NCBI GenBank assembly: GCA_030430495.1
Contig: JAUIKM010000007.1
Span: forward strand, 51,776 to 115,775
Length of the DNA stretch: 64,000 nt
Origin: a bacterium
Lineage (GTDB): Bacteria > Bacteroidota > Ignavibacteria > Kapaibacteriales > UBA7675
Direction: 5' to 3'
A program made the position numbers and the translations under genes. How positions within the stretch are numbered: position 1 is the stretch's first letter; each line of letters begins with the position of its first letter. Shown here in pieces: positions 41,673-50,414 of this stretch. The notes beneath the pieces were generated by a model. That model was not told where the DNA came from and made no database searches. It saw only the letters and a program-made list of their open reading frames with translations.

Positions 41673-42959
41673 ATGAAAGTTTTGCTGCGCGGTGTAACGC
41701 TGGTTGATCCCGGTGTGGAAAGCTCTGCCGCCGGTCAGGACGTACTGATCGCCGACGGCACGATTGCCGCCCGCGGCGAAGCATTGTCGCTTCCCGACGA
41801 TGCACGCGAAATCGACGCGCGGGGCGACTACCTGATTCCCGGCTTGTGCGATCTGCGCGTCACCGTCGGCGAGCCCGGCAACGAACAACGCGAAACCATG
41901 CTCGCCGCGCAGACGGCCGCCGCCAACGGCGGCGTCACCGCGTTCCTGTGCACGCCCGACTGCGACCCGCCGCTGGATTCGCCTGCCGCCGTACACTATC
42001 TGCGCTCCCTCGCGCACCTGCCGCTCGTTGATGTTCACGCCTCCGCGCGCCTGACGCGCGCCGGCGACGAAACGACCCTGGCGCCCATGCTTGAACTCGT
42101 TGATTCCGGTGTTAAGGTTTTCGGCAACGGTGCACGGCCAATAAAAGATGCCGAAATGCTGCGCCGCGCGATGGCATATCTCGGTCCGAGCGGCGCGGTC
42201 GCGGCCGATCTGCCGCTGGAGAGCTCGCTGGCGCAGGGCGCCCAGATGAACGCCGGTCCCGTGGCCGACGAACTTGGCCTGCCGGCTTCGCCTGCGTTGG
42301 CGGAAAAACTGGGCGCGGCGCGTCTGCTGTGGCTGGCGCAACAGAGCGGCGCGGCCGTACATCTGCCCGCGGTCGGCTGCCGCGCGACACTTGACTTCCT
42401 GCGCGCCGAGCGCGCCGCCGGAGCGGAGTTCAGCGCCGCCTGCAACGTGCTCAACCTGGCGCTGACAGACGACAGGCTTCGCAGTTTCAACACCTGGTTT
42501 AAACAACATCCGCCGCTGCGTTCGGTGGACGATGCGGCCGCTCTGCGTGCCGCAATTGCCGACGGAACCATCGACTGCGTTGCGAGCAATCACCACGCCT
42601 GTGCGCTGCACGAAAAAGACGTCGAGTTCGAAGTAGCGGAAGCCGGCTCGCGCAACCTGGAGCTGTTGCTGCCGATGTTGTGGTCTCTGGGAGTATCCGC
42701 CGGAAAAATCAGCCCGCAGCGATTCGTCGAACTTGTTTCCACCAATCCCCGCAAAATCCTCGGTCTGCCGCCGCTCAGCCTGTCTGCCGGCAGTGCGGCC
42801 AACTGCGCGCTTGTTTCCACCAATCAGCTGATCATTTCGACTCTGCCCGCGCCGCAGAGCGATTTTGCTCTGGATCCCGACTGGTTGAAGGCGCGTGTGC
42901 GTTACACGTTTAACGCCGCGCAGGTATGGGACTGCGCCGCCGCGGCTCTGCTCGATTGA
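41673..42959 (+). CDS. dihydroorotase-like protein, probably catalytically inactive (PyrC'-type)
   Basis: PGL.D..GEPG..RET, AANGG.T and PPLR present, but DLRVT replaces DxHxH and SNHH replaces TDHAP. Confidence 0.8.
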   Translation: MKVLLRGVTLVDPGVESSAAGQDVLIADGTIAARGEALSLPDDAREIDARGDYLIPGLCDLRVTVGEPGNEQRETMLAAQTAAANGGVTAFLCTPDCDPPLDSPAAVHYLRSLAHLPLVDVHASARLTRAGDETTLAPMLELVDSGVKVFGNGARPIKDAEMLRRAMAYLGPSGAVAADLPLESSLAQGAQMNAGPVADELGLPASPALAEKLGAARLLWLAQQSGAAVHLPAVGCRATLDFLRAERAAGAEFSAACNVLNLALTDDRLRSFNTWFKQHPPLRSVDDAAALRAAIADGTIDCVASNHHACALHEKDVEFEVAEAGSRNLELLLPMLWSLGVSAGKISPQRFVELVSTNPRKILGLPPLSLSAGSAANCALVSTNQLIISTLPAPQSDFALDPDWLKARVRYTFNAAQVWDCAAAALLD

Positions 42960-43031
42960 TCGGGCAACACCGAAAGAATAGCCACTCGCCCGACTGAAGA
43001 CTCAACACCGGACCGTGCCGAGGGCCGGAGT

Positions 43032-44171
43032 CTATCGCAGTGCAATGGCCTGCGCCAGCGCGGCCTTTGGATTGACCACGCCGTATCCCTGACGCCGTTT
43101 ATCCACCTGCGGCAGGATTTCAGCCGTGCCCGTGAGGATGTTTTTCACTGTTTCCGGTTTGAGGCCGGGATTGACTTCCAGCATCTGGGCGATCAGCGAG
43201 GCGACAATCGGCGCGGCAAAGGACGTGCCGTCCACGTGCTGGTAATAGGGTGAGATGATTTTCTGTACCACGAGCCTCTGAGAAATGGCGGTGCGTTTTT
43301 CCGCCGTGTCTTTCAAAGTCAGAATCGCAGTATCAAGTTTAGTTCGGCCGATCAGGTCGGGCAGGACGCGGTTCATTTCCGCGTCAGGCAAGGCGTCGAG
43401 CGCACAAAGCACGGCCGCCTCTATCTGCGTTGGCGTGTCCAGCAGCATCGGGGCCGGCAGCCAGATGGCCGGCGCGATAACTTCCGGCTTGCGCTGGCCG
43501 CTCACCGTCACGCCGAAACTCGAATTGTACATGCGGTTGTCGCGCGAAGCAAGCGTATTGCCATCGTCGAGCCCGCCGACGGTAATTGCAGCGGGGGAGA
43601 GTGCGGGCGGCCTCAGAGGTTTGGCCGCGTCGTTGCCGGCCGCCGCCACGGTGATCACGCCCTCGTGATAAAGTTCCTCCACCAGCTCGGTCACCGGGTG
43701 CTGCGGCCTCGGATCGATTTCATCGGCGTACACCGAGAGATTGATCACACGGATATTCAGCTTGCGGTGATTCAGCAGGCACCACTGCAGCGCACGCACA
43801 ATCACGCTCGTGGGTATGCGACCGCGCGGGTTCATAGTCCTGACCAGCACAACTTCTGCTTCGCCCGCGAGCGAGGTGTACAACATCCGCGACAAGTACC
43901 CGTTACCGGCTGCTGTGCACGCCGTCATGGTGCCGTGCCAGGTGTAGAATGCCTCTACGTGCGGCGGCAGGTCGCCCTCGCGATCTTCGACGGCGTCAAA
44001 ATAGCGCCGGATGCGAACGCGGGGATTCATCAGGTCGGGATGGGGAACAAAGCCTGAATCGATCAGGGCAAGGCAGACGCCTTTTCCATTGACATTGCTG
44101 TTTCCGTGAAGACGTGCCGGGATGGAAAGCGCCGGAAATATTGCGCTCAGCCGCGGTTCCGTTTCGGACAT
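43032..44171 (-). CDS. S8 family serine protease without signal peptide
   Basis: IDSG, HGT, AAGN, GTSFAAP. Confidence 0.9.
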   Translation of the reverse strand: MSETEPRLSAIFPALSIPARLHGNSNVNGKGVCLALIDSGFVPHPDLMNPRVRIRRYFDAVEDREGDLPPHVEAFYTWHGTMTACTAAGNGYLSRMLYTSLAGEAEVVLVRTMNPRGRIPTSVIVRALQWCLLNHRKLNIRVINLSVYADEIDPRPQHPVTELVEELYHEGVITVAAAGNDAAKPLRPPALSPAAITVGGLDDGNTLASRDNRMYNSSFGVTVSGQRKPEVIAPAIWLPAPMLLDTPTQIEAAVLCALDALPDAEMNRVLPDLIGRTKLDTAILTLKDTAEKRTAISQRLVVQKIISPYYQHVDGTSFAAPIVASLIAQMLEVNPGLKPETVKNILTGTAEILPQVDKRRQGYGVVNPKAALAQAIALR

Positions 44172-44717
44172 GTGCCGCTTTTCTCCTGCCTCTGCCGTTG
44201 TATGCCGTCAATACGCCTGTGTGGTTCGATACCACCTTTTAGTGCACTGCAAAGATACGGCCTTCGGCGGCAATTCAGTAAAGTTGATGCCTGAATGCGC
44301 GAAAAAAACGACCCCGCGCGACAAATTTCACAAACGCCGCCTTCCAGTTTCGAAACACTCGTCAGTCGCAAATATTGGTTGTGGAAAACTTTACCTTGAG
44401 TTTTTGTGATTATTACTTTGTGATCAGTCACACGAGCCGTAGATTAGTAATCTGATTCTTAAATCAGCTATGTAAGAGGGCAAGTCGCGGGAGGCGCACT
44501 TTATCACTTGTTTAATAAAGTCCGCGAATCTTCATACCTGAGAGTTCCTTGTATTTTCCCAATCTGTCATGCAGTCGAATGCTGCGAAAATTTCATTTCG
44601 CCGTAGGGGATTCCTTTGCTCAAAAACGAGTATTGGTCTGAACAAAGGGTCAGTCGTAAAAGCACTTGTTAAGCACATTGATGTTTTGTTAACATTTATT
44701 TGGTGGAGGCTCCGACA

Positions 44718-45065
44718 ATGAATTTGTCGCGTAGTAAGGCTATTCTGTTTTCGTTTGTTTTTGTTTTCATGGCACTGTCTAACCTTGTCGCCGATACGGT
44801 GAACTTTCCTCACATCAACAATGTTGACGAGTCGTTTTGGGTTGTAATGCACTACCAGGACGGTTCCAGTCAGAGCGTCTACCTCAATGCCAATTACACA
44901 ACGAATGTCTCTGTAAGCAAGACTGTGACTGGTGTGACGGTTAACGGAACCTTCGTCGGCTCCGGCACGGATGCCGATGTGACTCTGACCACCTCGACGC
45001 AGATTAACGTCGATTTTAACACTTCAGGACAGGTTGCATACGAACTCATTGATGTCGAAGTGTGA
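44718..45065 (+). CDS. small secreted beta-strand-rich protein
   Basis: GGAGG RBS, signal peptide (..FVFVFMALSNLVA-D), Thr/Val-rich mature part. Confidence 0.7.
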   Translation: MNLSRSKAILFSFVFVFMALSNLVADTVNFPHINNVDESFWVVMHYQDGSSQSVYLNANYTTNVSVSKTVTGVTVNGTFVGSGTDADVTLTTSTQINVDFNTSGQVAYELIDVEV

Positions 45066-45617
45066 TTTATTTATTCCAATCAGTGAAGGTGTTTATTATG
45101 AATTACACGACACTTTTTGAAGACGACTGCCTGGGTTGATTTTTGGGATTGTTGTTGCGCACGCAATCGTATATGCTCTATTCCTTGTAGAAAGTGAAGA
45201 ATAGCAGCGTGTTTAACTGTACGCCGTTGCCCGCTGTATGTGGGTGGTATCTGTGCGCGCTTGCAAGCCGAAGATCTTACACCCTGCATATACATTTTCA
45301 GCACACAGCCGGAAACTGCTACCGGCTGTGTGCTTTGCTGTTTGGTGACAGAAATGAGATTTAGTAAAAGCTTATCAACTAGCTTACAGAGGTTCGCGCT
45401 GCCCAAGGCCAAGTGTGACAGGTTCAACCATGTAGGAAACCGACAAAATATCGTCTTTTATAGTATGCCAACCCGCCTTTAGCGACTCCGAGGGCGTGAG
45501 AGAACTCGCGAGATGCGCATATTGCTTTCGTGTGCTTTTGTCGAATTGATGCAAGATTTGCAATTTACGGCGCTTCGCGAGACAGAGGGAAGTCGAGGGC
45601 ATGGTTAGCATAGCCCA

Positions 45618-47609
45618 TTGCGAACCTATTGGAACAACCTAGTGGCTGGTGCCGTGCAAGTGAAGACGGAATCCATCACCGAATCTCAGAGCCTGCCAGA
45701 TTTGTCTGCCAAACTCGTAGACGAACTGGAAGAACTGCGCCGTTCCAAACCCGTCGAAGCTATTTCTGTCTGTGATGCCCACCTCGGCCGTGTCGAACAA
45801 TCCCTCGCAGAGTTGCCTGCCAATGCAAAATTGCAAAGCATTCGTGGTTCCTTGCTTTTGATCCGTGGTACCGCACATTACAATTTGATCGAACTGGATC
45901 AGGCCAAGGACGATTTGGAAGCAAGCCTTGAATTGTTCCGACAACTCGGCAACGAAAAGGAAACTGCCCGTAGCCTCATCAATCTTGGACTGACGGTAAA
46001 AGCAGGCGGCAACCTTTCATTGGCCATGGAATATTTTCACCGCGGCCTCGACATTTCGCGAAGTTGTGGATTCACGCGCGGTGTAATGTCTGTCCATCTC
46101 AATATTGGTAATATCTACTTTGATCTCGGTGACTTTCCCAGTGCACTTGAACACTATCAGCAGAGTCACGTCATCAATAAGGATGTTGGCCATCAATTAA
46201 TTGAGTGTTCACAGCTCTCCAACATCGGTCAGGTGTACCGCGAACTCAAACAATATGATCGCGCCATCGAACACTTCCAGCGCAGCCTGGCAATTCTCGT
46301 AGAGTGCAATGATAAACGTCGCCAGGTGCGGCTTCACAGCAATATGGTCGGCGTGTACAATCTGATGGGGCGGCTGGACGAGGCCCGCAAACACGCCGAA
46401 ACGGCTTGGGAGCTGGCCCAGGAAGTCGACTCGCCGATGGGACTCGTTTTCTCCCTGGGGGCGCTGGCCGATATCGAAGTGATGGAAAAACACTTCGACA
46501 AGGCGCTTATGCTGCTGGAACAGGCGCTGACTTCCGCGCGCGAAATCCAGATGACCAAAGGCATCGTCGACAGCCTGGTCGAGATCGGGCGCGTGCGCAT
46601 GGCCCGCGACGAGTTTGAAGAAGCGCGCCTCTCATTTTATGAGGCGCTTTCAGTTGCCGAGAAGTTTGAACTACCTTCCGCAGTGATGCGCGTGCATGAA
46701 ATGCTCGCCGATTACCACGAGCGCACCGGCGCAGCCAATAAAGCGCTGCATCATTTCCGTCTCTTCCACAAGGCCGAGCGCGCAATTATCAACGAAGAGA
46801 CGACGCGGCGTACGATGGCGTTGCAGACCTGGCACGCCAGCGAGCAGTCGATCAAGGAAGCCGAAATCCACCGCCTGAAAAGCGTTGAACTCGTCAAGGC
46901 CAACCAGCAGTTGCGCAAAGTCAATCGCGAGAAAAACGAATTCCTCAGCATTGCGGCACACGATCTCAAAAATCAGCTCTCCGCCATCGTGCTGGCCTGC
47001 AGCGTCGTGCACAAAGCGCCCGAGCGTTTTACCGAGCAGGAGTTGCATCGCCAGATCAACAGCATCGGCGTCACCGCCGAACACATGCGCGAGATAATTC
47101 TCAACCTGCTCGACGTTAATCGACTTGAGAACGGCAAACTCGACATTTACTCGGCGGCCTTTAACCTCTGCAGCACGTTGCAGTCCGTCACCGACAACTA
47201 CACTCAACGCGCCGCCGCCAAAAACATTAACATTCACGTTCAGTGCCCCGAAGGAGACATCTACGTCTTCGCGGATCGCGATCTGTGCAAGGAAGCCGTC
47301 GAGAACCTGCTTTCCAACGCGATTAAATTTTCGCCGCTCGGTAAAAACGTCTACCTGCGCGCCTGGCGTCACGGGGACAATGTGCGCATTGCCGTGCAGG
47401 ACGAAGGCCCCGGTTTTAAACCGGAAGACCGCAACGACCTCTTCGGCAAGTTTTCACGCCTCTCGGCCAAACCGACGGCCAACGAACATTCAACCGGTCT
47501 GGGGCTGTGGATTGTTAAAAAACTGATCGACGCCATGGGCGGAAGCGTGTGGTGCGACAGCGTTCCCGGCAACGGCGCGACATTTACGATAGAACTGCCC
47601 GCAGCCTGA
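45618..47609 (+). CDS. TPR-repeat sensor histidine kinase
   Basis: TPR repeats (NLG/NIG..Y), AAHDLKN H-box, NLLSNAIKF, DEGPG, GLGL; start uncertain. Confidence 0.92.
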   Translation: MRTYWNNLVAGAVQVKTESITESQSLPDLSAKLVDELEELRRSKPVEAISVCDAHLGRVEQSLAELPANAKLQSIRGSLLLIRGTAHYNLIELDQAKDDLEASLELFRQLGNEKETARSLINLGLTVKAGGNLSLAMEYFHRGLDISRSCGFTRGVMSVHLNIGNIYFDLGDFPSALEHYQQSHVINKDVGHQLIECSQLSNIGQVYRELKQYDRAIEHFQRSLAILVECNDKRRQVRLHSNMVGVYNLMGRLDEARKHAETAWELAQEVDSPMGLVFSLGALADIEVMEKHFDKALMLLEQALTSAREIQMTKGIVDSLVEIGRVRMARDEFEEARLSFYEALSVAEKFELPSAVMRVHEMLADYHERTGAANKALHHFRLFHKAERAIINEETTRRTMALQTWHASEQSIKEAEIHRLKSVELVKANQQLRKVNREKNEFLSIAAHDLKNQLSAIVLACSVVHKAPERFTEQELHRQINSIGVTAEHMREIILNLLDVNRLENGKLDIYSAAFNLCSTLQSVTDNYTQRAAAKNINIHVQCPEGDIYVFADRDLCKEAVENLLSNAIKFSPLGKNVYLRAWRHGDNVRIAVQDEGPGFKPEDRNDLFGKFSRLSAKPTANEHSTGLGLWIVKKLIDAMGGSVWCDSVPGNGATFTIELPAA

Positions 47610-47710
47610 GCCGGCGGTTAACTCTCACCTGCAAAAACTCCTGAAAAATTCCTTCTTGTTTGTCATGCAGTGATCATTGTTCAACACGCGTTTAAACCGG
47701 AGATTGATAC

Positions 47711-48994
47711 GTGAGCGGCGACAGTCCTGAAACTGTTAAACACAATGGCGTTGTGCGCCTGACCGGCGTAGTCCAACACTATGCCTGGGGCGGCGAAAAA
47801 TTTATTCCAGACCTGATAGGAGTCGACAACTCCGACGGACGCGAGTTCGCCGAACTCTGGCTGGGGACACATCCCAAAGGGCCGTCAACCATTGAGTTAA
47901 AGGGCGAAACCATCGAGCTGGCGGACTTCCTGCAACGCGATCCCGCTCACAGACTCGGTGAGAAAACCTCCAGCCTGTTTAACAACGATCTGCCGTATCT
48001 GTTTAAGGTGCTCGACGCGCGTAAAATGCTCTCCATCCAGGTGCACCCCGACAAAGCGCGCGCCGAGCGCGGATTTGAAGCGGAGGAACGCGCCGGCATC
48101 GACCGCGCTGCGCCCAACCGCAACTACCGTGATACAAACCACAAACCCGAACTCCACGTGGCGCTTACCGATTTCTGGATGCTGCACGGCTTCCGCGCCG
48201 CCGAGGAAATCGCCGCCGAGTTCCGCCGCGTACCGGAGTTCCTCAACCTCGTCTACGAGTTCGAAGACGACCTGGCCGCCGGCGGCAGCGACGCCGGTCC
48301 ACGAGCAGTCGAGAACCTGTACAAAACGATCATGACCATGCCGCAGGGGCGCGTCGACGCATTTCTGGAGCCGCTGCTCCAACGCCTGATGCCGCGCTAC
48401 GGCGGCGGCGAACTGTCCAAAAACTCGCCCGACTTCTGGGCCGCGCGAGCCGCTGAACACTTTCCGCTGCCCGACGGCCATCGCGACCGCGGCATCTTTT
48501 CCATCTACATGATGAACCTCGTGCAGCTCAAGCCGGGCGAAGCCACGTTCCAGGACGCCGGTATTCCGCACGCCTACCTGGAAGGCGCCAACGTTGAACT
48601 CATGGCCGGTTCCGACAACGTGCTGCGCGGCGGACTGACGCCGAAACACATCGACGTGCCGGAACTGCTCGACACGCTGACCTACGCGTGCGGCCCCGCC
48701 GAGATTATCACCGGCCGGCAGGAGGGCGATGTGAAAATTTATCCCACTCCGGCCATGGACTTTGAGCTTGCGCTGCTGGAGCTGAGCGCCGGCACAAACA
48801 CAAAACGCAGCGCCGATCACGGACCGGACATTCTGCTGCTGATGGAAGGTCAGGCCCGCGTGCAGTCCGACGACGGAACATCGATTGAGCTGAGCCGCGG
48901 ACAGGCCTGTTTTGTGCCGCACAGCGCCGCGTATGTCGTCACGTCGGACGCCGCCGGTCGGCTGTTCCGCGCCGGCGTGCCCGATCCGCGTTGA
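47711..48994 (+). CDS. manA: mannose-6-phosphate isomerase class I
   Basis: Y.WG, AELWLGTHP, LSIQVHP, NHKPE, HAYL.G, SDNVLRGGLT. Confidence 0.95.
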   Translation: MSGDSPETVKHNGVVRLTGVVQHYAWGGEKFIPDLIGVDNSDGREFAELWLGTHPKGPSTIELKGETIELADFLQRDPAHRLGEKTSSLFNNDLPYLFKVLDARKMLSIQVHPDKARAERGFEAEERAGIDRAAPNRNYRDTNHKPELHVALTDFWMLHGFRAAEEIAAEFRRVPEFLNLVYEFEDDLAAGGSDAGPRAVENLYKTIMTMPQGRVDAFLEPLLQRLMPRYGGGELSKNSPDFWAARAAEHFPLPDGHRDRGIFSIYMMNLVQLKPGEATFQDAGIPHAYLEGANVELMAGSDNVLRGGLTPKHIDVPELLDTLTYACGPAEIITGRQEGDVKIYPTPAMDFELALLELSAGTNTKRSADHGPDILLLMEGQARVQSDDGTSIELSRGQACFVPHSAAYVVTSDAAGRLFRAGVPDPR

Positions 48995-49103
48995 CAGTTG
49001 CGATGTTTCGCCCCGTCGGCTTCTGTTCGGCTTTTGGTCTGCAGGTTTTGATTGCTCATATTGCAGGCCTGAATCAGAATCTCATTAAACACGGGGCCGG
49101 ACA

Positions 49104-49658
49104 TTGGACAGCAGGCCGACGTTGCCCGTAGACGGGCGTTTAACATCATCGTCAGATAAATCCGCGGGCTCATCAACCTGGCTGATAGTCGGTCTCGGCG
49201 TTGGCCTCGGGTTGATTCTGCTCGGCCTCAACTTCATCAAGTTCGCCTATCTGCAGAACGTCGTCTCGTTTGAACTCTCCGTTGCTGTGGCCGTCATTGT
49301 TGTGCTGGCTTTTGTGTTTGTTATTCGGTGGCAAACAAGAGATCAAGCAAAAAAGGACGCCGCGGAGGCCGCTCAAAAAGGCACTCCTGCGAGCGGGAGT
49401 GAGCAAACCGCGCGTGCAATAACTGTCACGACAGAAGAAAATCCAGTGCTGAGCATGCGCGAAAACCAGGTGCTGGAAGGCATGTGCCGCGGCGAAACCA
49501 ACCGCGAAATTGCCGAACGGCTGTTTGTTTCGCCGAATACCGTCAAAACCCACGCAGCCAATATCTACAGCAAGTTGGGCGTCAACCGCCGAGCCCAGGC
49601 GGTCCACCGCGCCCGCGAGTTGGGGATTATCGTCGAAAACGGCTCAAAAACGGACTAA
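49104..49658 (+). CDS. membrane-anchored LuxR-family regulator
   Basis: Two N-terminal TM segments and LS.RE..VL...TNREIAERLFVS.NTVKTH..NIY.KLGV..R. Confidence 0.88.
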   Translation: MDSRPTLPVDGRLTSSSDKSAGSSTWLIVGLGVGLGLILLGLNFIKFAYLQNVVSFELSVAVAVIVVLAFVFVIRWQTRDQAKKDAAEAAQKGTPASGSEQTARAITVTTEENPVLSMRENQVLEGMCRGETNREIAERLFVSPNTVKTHAANIYSKLGVNRRAQAVHRARELGIIVENGSKTD

Positions 49659-49681
49659 AAACGGGTGAGTTCACCGCAAAT

Positions 49682-49697
49682 TCACCCGAACGGATGA
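49682..49697. promoter_or_regulatory. candidate LuxR/NarL-type operator upstream of the DUF4199-like gene
   Basis: Imperfect palindrome TCACCCG-AA-CGGATGA; also inverted to CGGGTGA at 49662. Confidence 0.4.
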
Positions 49698-49791
49698 TGC
49701 TCGCCGCCGCCGCTCCAGACTAGATTGCCGCCGTAGTTAAACGCGTTCAACAATTGGCCCGTTTGCACGGGCGTACATTGGAGCAGAAAAC

Positions 49792-50328
49792 ATGATTTCG
49801 AGTGTACGGAAGTACGGACTTTGGGGCGGCGCTGCTGCTTGTATTCTCATTCTGGCAACGTCCTCCACAATTGATTGGCAGGCCCTGCAGGCTGCGGCCG
49901 CCGGCGGCGAACCAGAATTTACAACAAGAGATGTTGTTCTGGGAATTTTGCGTTATCCCCTGATTATTGTTACGATCATTTTGGGCGTTCGTGCTCTTCG
50001 TCGGGAGCGCGCTCCACGGGGTATTAGTTTTGGCGAGGCGTTTAAGGCCGGTGCAATAATTTCAGCCATCGCGGCCGGATTTGTCATGCTGGCGCATATT
50101 ATTTACTACAGTGCGGTTGCGCCGGAATCGCTCGACATAATGTACAGCATGGGCGTTGCCACCGGCGAGCTGCAGGATGGGGAATTGCGCTGGTTTTTCC
50201 ACCCCCTGGTCCACTCGCTGTTTTACTTCTTCGAGACATTCGTTCTTGGCCTCTTCGTCAGCCTGATAAGCGGGCTGCTTTTTCGCGGTCGCACAAACGC
50301 CAAACCAGCCACTCCGGCTACCACCTGA
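49792..50328 (+). CDS. DUF4199-like membrane protein
   Basis: KYGL.GG, ISFGEAFKAG..IS pattern, 4 TM segments. Confidence 0.7.
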   Translation: MISSVRKYGLWGGAAACILILATSSTIDWQALQAAAAGGEPEFTTRDVVLGILRYPLIIVTIILGVRALRRERAPRGISFGEAFKAGAIISAIAAGFVMLAHIIYYSAVAPESLDIMYSMGVATGELQDGELRWFFHPLVHSLFYFFETFVLGLFVSLISGLLFRGRTNAKPATPATT

Positions 50329-50414
50329 AGCATAAAAATCGGTCCAATCTCAAGAGCGCCCAAACGTCCATTGCAGACTAAGCTCTGAATGTTTCTCTTT
50401 CGAAAGGAGTAGAC

